DNA of 64,000 bases from Epiperipatus broadwayi (GCA_028023455.1 JAQFVV010000005.1:4526001-4590000), one strand, 5' to 3'. Shown: positions 40,650-54,195, counted from the stretch's first letter. Notes: generated by a model not told the origin, from the letters alone. Translations and numbers: made by a program.

Positions 40650-43330
40650 TTTGCAGACAGCTGAACGTAACTTGTTAATTTAAAAAATGACCTTCACATG
40701 AAAGGAAGAACAGTGTTTAATCACAGTTAACCAAGGAATTGGAAGAGATTCAAATTCTAATATAGGAAATCTAGAGAGAAACATTGAGGACATTTGTAAA
40801 TCTAAGAAATCAAAAAAATTCCAATGAAAAAAAGAATTATATGTAAAACCAATGATTTCCATGAATGAAAGATTTGATATATCCATAGACCAACCTTCCA
40901 CCAACTTAGTTCACCAAGCTTACAATGATCCTCCTAAAATTTTGGACTCCAGAGAGATCGTTAGAGATGAAAACATCTGTTCAAGCAGGAATTATAGCGT
41001 GAATAATGCAAAAATACAAGAAAGGGCTCAAGATATCATTGAAAAATCAATGAAAAACATCAAAAGTTACATTGACAATGAAGATATTAATGGAAAATCA
41101 CCTCAAAAGGACAAAATTTTGTCTGATAGAGACAAACCAACCAGTCTGGAACACAGGGAAGAGGGTCTGAAGGTAGAGCATTTTCCTGCCTTATTTTTTA
41201 AAAGTAAGAAAAATCCTAATCTTTTTTTTAACAAAAAAATAAACCTACTAATCCTATAAAAGATATATAATTTTAATGCTATTTCTTATGATAACTCATT
41301 ATAAGTCCACACCCTCTGCCATTCAAAGTTATCATCAAAATATAGATCATAACAAAATATCATATGCTAAAATTTTAAAAAATTTTAATAATAAGAGCAC
41401 CTCTATTTCTTGTTATGATTCACAAAATATACTTGATCTTTTCAAAATGCTGGAGGATGACTGTCCAGTTACTGCTCAAAATGAGGTGCCTGATATGGAC
41501 ATATCTCTTCCAAGGCTGGATCAAGTGAAATTAACTAACATTATACATGATTTCAACTCTACTATTCCACTGCAAATTACATCGATTTTTTTTAAATTAT
41601 GTGAATGAAAAAATTCTAATTTTTGCCATCATTATGACTTACTTACATTTCCAAAGATAAATTCTGTATCCAAATCATAGCAAAAAATTTATGGATTCAT
41701 ATGTACAAAATACTAAATCATCCAAACAACCATTATGTAATTGTGGAATGCAATGTGATAGCACTCAGAAGCAAATTTTCCAAGGGGTGATGAAATTCAT
41801 TGATAAAATTTTGTGTACAATTGACTTAAATAGACCAGTGATATTGACTGGCCATATTTGAAATTGTTTTCTGAATTTTAATCAATTTGATTTTCAGACA
41901 ATCCTCAGATCCTATGGAGTAATATCAAACTTTAGGTATGTCATCGAGAAAAGGGCGAAAATTCCTGTACTCACAAATTCTGTGCTCTTTTCAATTGCCC
42001 TCAATAAAGGGGTATCACCTACAGATCTTCCAAAGATTCATTGTGCGGAGTCAGCCCCTCTAATAATATCTTTTCAGGGCATACCACCACAGTGTTTCCA
42101 CAGCATATTGAGGGATCACCTTGTCAGGGATTGTTCCTCAAGGATATGCTTAAATTGTAAGCTTGGGAAGACTAAATTACATAACTGTATTTTTTGGGTC
42201 TATACAAGAAAAGCAACACTTTATATCAAATCAAGAAGAAAGTAAACAGTCACAACCAATTAAGCCGGAGTTATTACAATCTTCAGAACAAATGATTCAC
42301 ACCATTCCACAGTCATTGGTAAAAACTCCCTGGGTATCTATGAATTCTGGCACAGACTCAGATTCTGACATGATGTTAATGGAGTCTGCAGTCATGACTA
42401 CTTCCAAAAGAAAAAGAAAGACCAGTAACCAAAAAAGGAATGCCAGCAACTCCCTTTGCAACTCAATAGTTCAAAAGATGGAGAAATTAAGTAAGAGTTT
42501 CTCAGATGCTGATTCACTAGACAGGAATATAAAAGGAAAGAAGTATAAGGTCAGCATCCATGATGAAGAGTCAATTGTGCCCCAGCATTTATATGTCTCT
42601 GATAGTATGGAGGAGAATTCTGCTCAGATGTGTGGATGTTAAAGAACAAGGAAATCATAGGTCAGTCATTGATCCTTTTGGAGGTTCCTGAAGCAAAGGA
42701 AGCACAAAGTGATGAACATCTTCATGACAAGGATTTAGAATAAAAATGTGAAATTGACAATTTGAATCTAGAGTAGGACAATCTAGAAACCACAGGCCTT
42801 GATGAGCTAAACGAAACAGATTTCAGTGTTTACTTTGACCAAAATTGATACCTAGTGATCAATGATAAATATAAAGGTAGATGGGGGCAAAACAGATTTG
42901 AAGTATGGTTACGATTTGTCATCACTTCAGAAATAAAAATAGAAGATATTAAATGTGAGTCGCAATGGAGTTATCTAAGAATTTTAATCAAGAATAGGGT
43001 AATTATGGAAGGAATGCTTCAGCACACAATTTACCCTGAAAGGACTAAGTGGTCTACTGCATCTCAGAGAAGGGCCTGGACAATGGGCATTTCACTGATA
43101 CCAGCCACAGGACATATATGGACAGAGTTTTTCATGGACTCTTACTGTTTGGACTTGCAAGTCTTTGGGAATTTTGGCCATTGGAATCCAGGTTTTAGTT
43201 AGAAATAACTCACTTCTTGGGTTTTTAAGTGTATTCTGATGTGGGTCTAAGGACAACAATCAATCACTGAATGGATTTGGGTGACTGATGAAAATGACTC
43301 TATTATTATTTGTCATTTGGTTATAACTTA
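40650..43330 (+). mobile_element. Degraded LINE (L1/Tx1-like ORF1 region)
   Basis: Broken ORFs with ISYAKIL, ..PLIISFQGIPPQCFH..DHLVRDCSSRICLNCK (tandem knuckle relics) and a low-complexity basic/acidic tail; same architecture as 29447-30019. Boundaries are uncertain. Confidence 0.55.
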
Positions 43331-43908
43331 GTGTGCTTACTAATATCATAAGTATATCATATCATGTGAGCATGACGGTTTAAAAATTTATTCAAAGATA
43401 ATGAAGTTCTATGGTGTAAAATTACATTAAAATCAAAATATGCATTGTGAATGATAGATAAATTTAGTTTATCACTATATGTAAACATGTAAATTCAAAG
43501 TCAAATAAACCTTTTTGAGAAAAAAAATTTAAAAAATGACCTGTGATTGAAATGAATGTGATATTCATACTACAAACAATAAATCATTTTCAAAGGTTAT
43601 GACAACCATCTATCTATAAACTGACTTCATTTTAACATTATAAAAAGTCCAAATTAATAAAACTATGAGTTAATTTATAATTAATAGTCTAGTATTCCTA
43701 TATATCCATATAAGAAATAAATATTTTGAGATTTGATCTCACAACAATATTATCAAGTTTAAATTTAAAATCATCTATAGATAATGTAAAAGTTTTAGAC
43801 CTGAAATTTAATTATTTGGCAACAAATTATAAATTTAGACTATAGAAGTAAGTTTTGAAATATTTCGTTTATGATGACATACTGTTTGTAATTAATTAAA
43901 ATAAATGT

Positions 43909-43951
43909 TATAATAATAATAATAATAATGGTGAAGATGATGATGATGATG

Positions 43952-44038
<87 letters not shown>
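43909..44038. repeat. Compound (AAT)n/(GAT)n microsatellite, possibly the tail of a minus-strand LINE 3' end
   Basis: Direct sequence. Adjacent 44045-44095(-) reads AGTTTAAAAATAGGTTTGGATAG (cf. CR1 FKNRLD). Confidence 0.9.
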
Positions 44039-44045
<7 letters not shown>

Positions 44046-44349
44046 TAAATGGTGCTTATAGTCAATCTATCCAAACCTATTTTTAAACTACTGTAGATAA
44101 AAAAAAAAAATTTGATTATGAAAATCATTTAAAATTTCATGTCTAAAAATGATATAATTAAATGATAACATATGTAGTAAATAGATAAAAATACATAAAT
44201 CAATATTTTAAATCTATGCTGAAATTTAATGTTTGCTTAATAAGAAATTGTTCAACTATTTAGTTTTAATAAGTGTAAATTGAAAAACATGATGATGGTA
44301 ATTGATTATTTTTTTATTAAACAAGATGGAATATAACTTATTATAATAT

Positions 44350-44679
44350 TCACATGATCAACATCTCATACTAGCACATAATTGTTGTAAACAAAGGCAA
44401 AACTCTCCATACAGTAGTGTCACCCTGTGCCAAACAGAATAATTAATTGATGCCAGAAGGCTTGTGCATAAAATCCCTATCTAGTGCGTACTCATCCAAT
44501 ATCCAAGACTCCTCACTGATGATGGCCACAAGCCAGAAACTAGTCTGGGGATATTGGATGAATAGGCACTTGATAGGGATTTTATGCACAAGCCTTCTGG
44601 CATCCATTGATTACTCTGTTTGGCACAGTCTGTTTGGCACAGGGTGGCACTACTGTATGGAGAGTTTTGTCTTTGTTTA
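44350..44679. mobile_element. Hammerhead/fold-back family copy 7
   Basis: Tail TCACATGATCAACATCTCATACTAGCAC, antisense arm to ~44500, sense arm 44501-44679. Confidence 0.9.
44501..44559 (+). ncRNA. Type I hammerhead ribozyme motif (best copy)
   Basis: ATCCAA GACT CCTCA CTGATGA TGGC CACAA GCCA GAAA C TA GTC^TGGGG ATA TTGGAT. Stem I distal 6 bp perfect, proximal 5 bp, stem II 4 bp (U-A closing), stem III 2 bp within palindrome ACTAGT; predicted cleavage after C44545. Confidence 0.78.
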
Positions 44680-46520
44680 TTATAATATTCTTGTTTTTAA
44701 ATTCCATTGTATGTCATAAATAGTTGGTTCAAATTAGTTCTATGTTATTAGGTTGGAGACAAAGAATGCAAATATAATGTAAGCAGAAAACCACTTTTGA
44801 CAAACAGTTGCCAGTCTCCTTGTTAGTCAAGTTTGCACTTCAAGAGAAGTAAGGGATATGGCTTGTCTGCAAAGTCATAATCCAATGTATAAAAAGGTAA
44901 GTATTTGTCTGATCCAGTCCGTCAGGTTACAGAAACTAAATGGAATTAAAGACTGCCAAACTTTCTTTATATATTCTTATACTAAACATGACAATAAGAA
45001 GCCAATATACTGTTTATCATGGGCAAAACCACAAGAATCCCCCCTTATTAATCTTGAGATTTTATGCTGTATTTTATTCATATACACCACTTTATGTAAA
45101 CATGATAAACACAAATGGAAAAAGTTACTGATAGTCATATACATACTGTTCTTGCATGATAACTATTTTATGAATAAAGTTATAAAGCACAGATGAAAGA
45201 AATTAGTTGGTAAGTTGAATATATCTACACATATTGATAGATTATTTCAACATTAAAGTAATAAAATGGGAAATGATTACTTATAATGGTCAGGTTAAAA
45301 TGTATATTTTATTTTTATTTTGTGTATTTAATTTTGTATATGAATATTTATATACGTGTATTAATTATATAATTATATATTTGAATATTGTAGCTCTGAT
45401 GATGACAGTAGGACAATCGAAACTGATAGTTTTGATATAAATAAATAGTATTGATAACGTGTTTAAGAAGGTAGTAAATGGTATGATAACATCTTTGCAG
45501 TTAATCAAAATCTATTTCTATTTATTGCCTTAAAAAAATATTTAGTACAATCTGGATTGATTTAAAGGTAAACAACTTTTGAATAAAATTAAAGGAATTA
45601 ACAGATAGAAATAAATTTAACAAAATTTCTTAAACTTAAGAGAATAAAAGTTAAAAACAAAAGAATTTTTAAAGAGACTTTCAATAAAGATAAAATAATA
45701 TTCTGTTATCCTAAAATAATTTGTTTATATTTTAATAGTGGTCAGAAAATAAAGAACTATCAAGGAATTTGTGGTGTTAAGTCATATTTTTTTATGTTTC
45801 AAACTTTTGTTTACCAGCTAAGTATATTGCAAAAAAATATAATAATTTGGTTGGTAGGCAAAGATACTTAGCATTAGAAATTGAAATGTTTTATATTAGA
45901 AAATATACATATGTGTGTACATATTATATATATATGTTTATCACTTAAAATAGAATGTGTGCATATAGATTTAAGGAGATTATTATTAACAAATGAAATA
46001 TTTTTATATCACAATGTATAATGAGATGGCTTATCTATATGCATATATTTTACTATTTATTATTAAATAAAGTAATAATTCTTGACTTACAGATGATTGG
46101 GATGTTGTTTTACAATGTGTAGTATCTCTATGTTTCTTTTTAATCTATAACATATTTCTAATATTTGTAAATCAGAATTATGTAATATATTGTAGAGTAC
46201 TTATTAGACCTTTAATTTCATTTTATTATTTTTTAATAAATATATTAATCATTATTTTAAGATATTCTAGTGAGATTTTTTAATGCTAGAATACATTGTT
46301 TACATATAATATTTTTGCATACATATGTCAGCATATCTGTTGAAGTGAATTATTCATCTTAAAAAGTATCTAGTGTCTGTTTGGCTAAATGTATTTACTT
46401 CGCTTTATTTTATGGATTTCTTAATTAGTTTATTGATGGTCAGTACACTCATGGTATCTAATGGCCAAGAGCATTAATATAATGATCTCAGTATTTTTTG
46501 ATATGTTTATTGCTGAAATT

Positions 46521-46620
46521 AAGCATTGGTGACCTAGCCTAGCGGTTAGCATGGCTGCCCTCCAAGTAGCTGGCCCAAGTTTGCTTCTCGGTCAACGCAT
46601 TTGACATATGAGAAAAAAAA
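46521..46620 (+). mobile_element. tRNA-Gly-derived SINE
   Basis: AAGCATTGGTG..GCGGTTAGCATGGCTGCCCTCCAAGTAGCTG..CGGTCAACGCATTTGACATATGAGA(n); close to the 216 copy. Confidence 0.8.
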
Positions 46621-47932
46621 TTATGTGAATACAGATAAAGTATTTGTTGATTTTAAAATATTATGCACTAAGGATAGCATGGGTTAGATGATTATTAGCT
46701 TACGACTTTATGTTACCTCACTTTTAAATCCTGTGACAAGTAATGACTGTTGACCTTGCTGATTTTTACTGGTAATGCTATATTTATAACTTACTATTAC
46801 TTATAATGACTCCAGATGATAATTCTTTGCTCATTTTCTATGTCCAGTAAACACTGCTTTTGGGATGATGATGATAAGTTCTATCATCCTAAAACCCTCT
46901 TGGTTCGTATTATCACTATATATGTATATGTGTATATTCAATTGCTATTCCCCATACACAGCAATTTACATTTCTTTTTAATTGAGGGCAGGAGGCATAA
47001 CTATTATTATATATACACAGGAATATAAAGATATTATTTCCACATAAAATATCGTTAATCTTAACACATTTTATGAATGGAAGGGGGGGGCGGTAAAAAG
47101 ATGATTATAACTATTAATACAAATAAATAATATAAACTGAAAGTAAATTAAATATATTGCTCTATTTAAGTTTCAAAAATAATATTAATTGCAAAAAAAC
47201 TGAGTTTTCAAAATAATAGACTTGTCATTATAGTCCCTAAACGTCGTTTAGTCAACGAGAAAATGGATTTAAAATTAATTTTATATTTATAAAATTTATT
47301 TGGAAATTTTAATAAAAACAGATGCTAATTCTATCTCGGAAATTAAAATAGATAAAATTGGAATCTTTTGTAATGAACTATTAGCCATAAAAATCTAAGA
47401 TAATGAATATTTATTTGGATACACGTATCAAATTTAAAAAGAAAAGTTTGAGCATGATTACGGTTGGGTAAACTTGGGAAAACGTAATAAAAATTTTATA
47501 ATAGCGAATAATGCTGCTACATAATTAATAACTCCGGTATGTTGAAATTATTATTTTTTAAAAAAAACAACAACAAAGAATCAAAACTGGCGAAATATTT
47601 CTAATTACTATTAAAAAATAATTTTTTTATTTATTTATGAGTCTCCTGTTCTCATTAATCACTCAGAAAGTAATGTTTTTAAGATATCCTATTATTGAAT
47701 ATAAACTTGTTGATGGAGTTATTGATTTACGTCTCTATTATTTATATGAGCGTTTGGAATATTGTTCACATGAAAGGAATCTATCAACCACAATGTGAAT
47801 GACTTCAATACTCTAAATTCTAAATAATTCCCTTGTAAATGAAAAAACACCGAAATGTTTTAAAATGATAAATCATGTGCTTCACTCTAAAGGCCATGTC
47901 ACAGCACGAAATTCGTTGTGAAATAATTTTTT

Positions 47933-50900
47933 TCATTTAAAACTATAAAATTTGCGCTTCTTCACGTAATCAAATAGTGTTTGTTTATAATTTTGAAGAT
48001 CAATTTCAGATAAATTAAACCAATGCACCACGTTTATTAGCTCATCCATATATTCACAAAGAATCCTAAAATGAATACAATCATAGTTTTCAAAACCGAT
48101 CGAAAACTTTTGGCGCAATAGGTCCCTGAAGAAAAAAAATAAGTTTAATTTAAATTGTTGAATGTAAGTTCTTGAAATAAAAGTGAGACAAAATAACTTA
48201 AAACATTTACGCTGTCAACAAATAGAAAATTTGGGGGCAACTGATGTGCCTGGGAACGCTGCCAGTTACGTAGTAATTGAAAATTCACCTTTTTTTTATA
48301 GCAGAACAGATTCGATTTGATTTACTATTATCAAGAAATACTTTTTCAATTTGCTGCATAGCCCTTTCTGAGAATGCATTTTCAAAGAAAGATATTAATA
48401 ATTTCGTGAGCAAATCATTTTGAAACGTACTTGCGGATTGAGCACCACCAAACTTATACTTTGCAAAGCGAAGTTTTTCACTGATATTTTTAATAATATC
48501 TTTATGTTCTAATAAAGAAATATCACAAAATGCATTTAGATCATCTTGAGAAAGTTCAAGCCATTGAATGATCTTTTTAATTCTATTGTGGTGACGATGT
48601 AATTTAAATATACAATGTCTTATCAAAAATAATATAATGTTATCTTGCGCTTTGCAAACCTGTAAATATTTTGTAATAAGTATTTCTAATTTTGGAGAAG
48701 TGTTGAACACTTTATTTTTAACAATTCTTCATACCATCGAACAAACAAGGACAAATGTAGGCAACTATTTTCAGCTAACATTGGGTTTTTCAAACAAATG
48801 TCAATACAGCCATCTATAAATGATAAATAGTACTTGCTTCTTCTCACTTCTTTAAAATACATTTCTCTTGCATGCTGAAAAAACTTTCTTTTAAAAATTT
48901 TGCTTTCTTCCTCAGAAGGTAACCACGATAGTATACATTAGCAATTCAAAATAATCAGTTGTTCCTACTGAATCTATAAATAGCCTTCGCCATTTCTTTA
49001 AGTTCAAATCTTCTACAGATTTAAAGTATGCTGACTCAATTTGAAATTTCATTTTAAACAACATTTTTTTAAAATAAAATGTATTTACTATACAGTCCAA
49101 TGTATCGCGCATTAAACTCTTATTATCTAATATGGAAGAACAAAAGGTAAAGAAGTTTTGAAAATCGACAATTGTCGAAGTGGTTTCTGTCTTTACATAA
49201 TATATTTTAGATATAAATTCTGCAACATCGTTTTTAAATTTTTCAAGTCCATTTGGAAGTGCCATTATAGTTTGAATCAGGATAATCAAACTATTAAAAT
49301 TTTGTTTTTTTGAGAATCACTTCAGAAATCCATTGTTTTGTTAACAAAACTTTTAATTCTTTATCAATAGCAGTAGTATTTAGATTCATTAAAAAACTCC
49401 ACGTAGTAACGTTTTTAAATTGTTCATGTAAATATGGTTCAATCACGTTTATAATTGGAATTCCTTCAATCTCATAGTAAAGTAACTTTTCATTGTCCTT
49501 ATTTATTCTGAAATTATGAGTCAAAGGCTGTTCGATAACATTTCTGATTGATTCATCATTTTCTTCAGATATAATATTCAGAAATTTAAGTCTCATTAAA
49601 AAATAAGAAATAATCGTCTTCTTTAATTCATTTCTACGATCACTATCTAAAATAGTTAATGCTAAAACTTCCTCAAACGATAGTGTTTTATTAGGGTCGC
49701 TTTGAAGAGTAAAGATAGTACTGTCAAGCAGAACATAACAGCTGTCAAAATATGTCTGTATAATTTTAATTTCTTTCGATGTTGAATTCTTACCTTTATG
49801 AACATCGTTCTTAAAGTCGAATAGGTATTTCCTTATTTGAGACCATTTTAAAAAGTATTCCATATTATTCAAACAACATAGTTCTATTATATTATTGTGG
49901 GTATAAATTTAGTGTTGAATTAATATCTCAAAAAGAAACTCTCTTTCGTTCATTGTATCTGGTTTGAAGAAATGCATCATTTCTTCTAACAAAGTGTATT
50001 TTTCATCTATTAAAAGTCTGTGTAAACATGTGATTAGGGATTCACTTTTTTTGTATTTCATCAGCGGTAAACAATATTATGACTATTTTAACAAATATTT
50101 CACTGTTATATATTGGAATTTTTGCTAATGCGTTTAATGATAACATTTGGCACTGTTCACGATCCTCATAAATTTGAAGAATTTGTGGACTTTCATCAAA
50201 AAATTCTTTTAAAATGTGGTAATTTCTAGAGTTTGCATTTAGGAATGCTTTAATCAGGTCTTTAAAAACGGATTTCCATTTACTATAAAATCTTTCAAGA
50301 TCTTCATCTGAGAATAAATTCCAGATACACTTACACACATCCAGCAGTAGTCGATGTCTAAAACTGTTTAAAAAACAAGTGAATAATATAATCAAAATAT
50401 CATCGACCAGAAAAAAATGTGCATTTTCTGTTGTCATATTAGCAAAAATAAAACGCACCATTTCAGTAGAAATATATTTCCCACTTGAAGCCGATATTTG
50501 GGGATGTTTGGAATCAATTTTGTATAAAATTAATGCTGCTTGTCGATAATTGTAACCATGTAAAGGTGATGGCGGCAGATGTCTAAAAAAATTCAATAAC
50601 AAAAAGATTCTGTCATCTGGTATTAGAAATTCCCATAAATATTTTGCAAGTATTTCATTATTACTATTAACAACTTCATCCATTACATTCCACATGTCTA
50701 TCATATTTGTTTTTATTCTTGGTTGATTTAATTCATAAAGAAACAATTTTTTATAAACTGTCCCAAAATTATATTCATCTATTTCTAAATAATTTTTAAT
50801 AATCTTTTCCTGCTGTTTATAAAGGATTGCAATATCTTCTTCTAGACAGTAAAAACAAGCCATCTTAAACTGATCAATGGTCGATAAAAACCCCAACTTT

Positions 50901-51244
50901 ATAATTTCTCCGGCTGACTTTTTCTTATCAATAGTTCCTTGAAGGCTCCAACAAAGCACACGAAAGATTTTGTTTTTAAATTTACTGGGTAGGTGAATGT
51001 TCTTCTTTAGACAGATTATCCAATTTTTTATTTCATTTACCAGTAAGCAACTTTGGAAGAATAATTCTTCTCTGAATAATACTGGTACGCCAAGAACCTT
51101 AATTACATTTTTAACATCTTTCAGATATAAATCATTAACTTCCACTTCTAAATGTTGTTCCTCAAATCCAGAACATTGTAACACCAATAAAGATTCTGCA
51201 AGCAGAGTTAACTGCTTTAAAGAAGGTAAAGAACCAACTTCCAT
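47933..51244 (-). pseudogene. Spliced host-type gene of unknown function (~1050 codons) broken by at least five frameshifts
   Basis: ORFs 50042-51244, 49294-49872, 48912-49289, 48285-48710 and 47933-48118 tile the region. Acceptor T(n)CAG at ~51276. Intron 48126-48288 (AG|GTGAAT..TTTTCTTCAG|G) joins ..AIKKR to DLLRQKF.. in frame. The N-terminus LPSLKQL..CWSLQGTIDKKKSA..FKMACFYCLEEDI recalls an uncharacterised arthropod-expanded family (from memory, not searched). Confidence 0.75.
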
Positions 51245-51910
51245 GAAAACTGAAAAGTGCTTCTTATCAATAATCTGAAAAAAAAAAGAAGAACAATTGT
51301 TAAAGAATTTGTTTATATATATATATTAGAAAAAAGATTTTTTTTATGTTAAATGATATTAAGTCTTGTGTCTTTATGATTGTTTGTTGTCGATTTCAAA
51401 CGTTTTAATGGATCATAAGGATGAAAAAAAATTCTTCAATCGGTGACTTCATAAACTTTAACAATAAAAAACTAATTTATAAAATTAATCTTAAATATTT
51501 GATTTTAAATCAGCCAGAAATAGGAGATAACATTTTTGCCCTTTTCTAAACTCAGAATCAGATCAGAAGCAGGAGGAAGAATTAAAGATTAATGGATATA
51601 AAGCAAAATGTTTCTTTTGATTAAATTGACTTAAGGTATTTTCACACATAATAAATAATTTAATGCAATAATACAATTAAACTACTATCCAGGTAAAAAA
51701 GAATTCTAACGCATATCGATTAAATAAACCTTCAGCTTGTTTCTTCATTATTCAATTTTTCATGCTTCCGGTTCTGATACGACAATATTATCCCAACCAC
51801 ATGGTTAACACAATTTACGTCAAATATGAAGGCTGCTTTCATAAACAAAAGTGAACAAATTTTGTTTTTAGTACTTCACAACATCTGCTTGGGTGATTCC
51901 AATATCCCTA

Positions 51911-53934
51911 TGTGATATACTAAAAGGCTATTGGCTAATTAAAACCTGATATGAGATACTACCCAGAACAATGGAAGAGTGCAGAGGGAATGGGACATAT
52001 CTTTTTCCCAGTACGTACATTGGCTGATAAGATATTCGGTAACGTTATTTGCTGTCAATTAATTAATTGCTAGAGATCGGCTGTAAAATTATTAGTATTT
52101 ACACAATAATAATCATTGGAGTATTCGTTGCTGCTAAATATAAATTGATTCATCACAATAGGTCTTACGGACTCGCGTGTAATTGAGTTAGCATACTGGA
52201 TTATTAACTTGAAGGTTTACACCAAGAACAATTGGCTGGTACTGTAGATTCATTATTGAAGTAGAGCGAATATATCTAGTTTTCATAGCCAGTTAACATT
52301 TTAAGTTTGGCAATAAAATATTCTGATTAGCCTTGGCGGTTAAACAAACTAATTTGGCACAGTCGACAGGATGGACATCCAAGAGTTGTTCATGAAAAGT
52401 ACTTGCCAGAAGCTATGTTTGGTGGCCTAAGATAAATGAGGACCCCAAGTCCTTCACAAAAAAATGCACAGCATGTCAATCAAACGCCCGATCAACAATA
52501 AAAGAATATAGTTCATGGCCACCAGCTAAAACTGCATGGGAATGTGTCCACATGGACCATGCAGGTCCATTTATGGTATATACCTTTTTTATACTAGTAT
52601 ATGCCTATTCCCACTGGGTAGAATACCAAATCATGAGAAACACTGGGTAGGAAGAAGTCATTCATCATCTAAATGAAATATTCACAACACAAGGCTACCC
52701 GGTGACTCTCATTACAGATAATGGTTCTGGATTTATTTCAGTAAAGTTTGAAGAATACTTACAGATGAAAGACATTAAACATATGTACTCACCCCCATAC
52801 CATCCTGAGAGCAATGGATTGGCTAAAAATGCAGTAAACCAACTTAAATGTGCACTGAAAAAAGAAACGTCAACAAATATGCCAGAAACACTGCACCACA
52901 TATTATTGCATCAACATTCCACACCAACAGCAATGAGTGGAAAGTCCCCAGCTGAACTATTGTTGAAACGGAGGTTAAGAACAGAACTGACCTTGTTACT
53001 GCCAAAAAACATGTACATGCAGGCCGAAACAGGACATAAAACATTCATAGTGGGAGAAAAAGTATGGATCAGAGATAGTCTACACAAAACATGGATAAAG
53101 GGAGAAATTGTCAACTTAACATCCAAATTTATAGCAGCAGTGAGAACAGAGAATAATGTAGTATACAAGTTCTCCAAGCTGGGAGATCAATAAACACAGT
53201 GGAAATAAAATCATCGAACCAACAGACAAAATCAGAGATAGATAAATTACAAACTCGACAACCAGATACTCAGGAGGAACAAGGGGTAGATGATGATACA
53301 CTACAATGGGAAGAGATGCCAATGGAAGTATCAGGTGAGAACATTAAAGAAAAATTATCAAGACCTCAAAGAAAAAAACAGTCACCCAAATTTTTAAAGG
53401 ACTAGGACTATGTCTATTAGAAGAGAGAGGAGAAAAGAGAAAATACTATGTCAGGTTATAGAGAACAACAAAAAATAATCCATGTTACTACTAGTTCTGT
53501 GTAGTGGGAGGAGAAGTGTGATATACTAAAAGGCTATTGGCTAATTAAAACCTGACATGAGATACTACCCAGAACAATGTAAGTGTGCAGAGGGAATGGG
53601 GCATCGGCTGATAAGGTGTTCGGTAACGTTATTTGCTGTCAATTAATTAATTGCTAGAGATCGACTGTAAAATTATTAGTATTTACACAATAATAATCAT
53701 TGGAGTATTCATTGCTGCTAAATATAAATTTATTCATAATAATATGTCTTATGGACTCACGTGTAATTGAGTTAGCATACTGGATTATTAACTTGAAGGC
53801 TTACGCCAAGAACAATTGGCTGGTACTGTAGATTCATTGTTGACGTAGAGTGAACATATCTAGTTTCATAGCCAGTTAACGTTATAAGGTTGGCGATAAA
53901 ATACACTGATTAGCGTCGGTGGTTAAACAAACTA
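51911..53934 (+). mobile_element. Gypsy-type LTR retrotransposon, internally deleted (integrase only)
   Basis: LTRs 51911-52351 and 53517-53934; TSD CCCTA; PBS TGGCACAGTCGACAGGAT at 52355 (tRNA-Ser-like); PPT GGGAGGAGAAG. The internal sequence encodes GHP..LARSYVWWPKIN..CTACQ..VHMDHAGPF..LITDNGSGF..SPPYHPESNGLAK with stops and frameshifts. Confidence 0.92.
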
Positions 53935-54195
53935 CCCTATGAAAATAGATATGATCCAATTCCAATACACTGAATGAGTACACCACTTCTATGGTAATCG
54001 GAGTGATTCTACCAAAATACTGAGTCTATCACAATATTGATGTTTTTGGTATTAGCAATATTATTATTCGATGTCTGTATTTTTTTAAAGCAATATACAT
54101 AATTATATAAAAGAATATTTGTAAATGCAGTAATTAAATAATTAAAATTTTACTTACTGTAAATGTAATTACTGTATTTACAAATATCCAATTAT

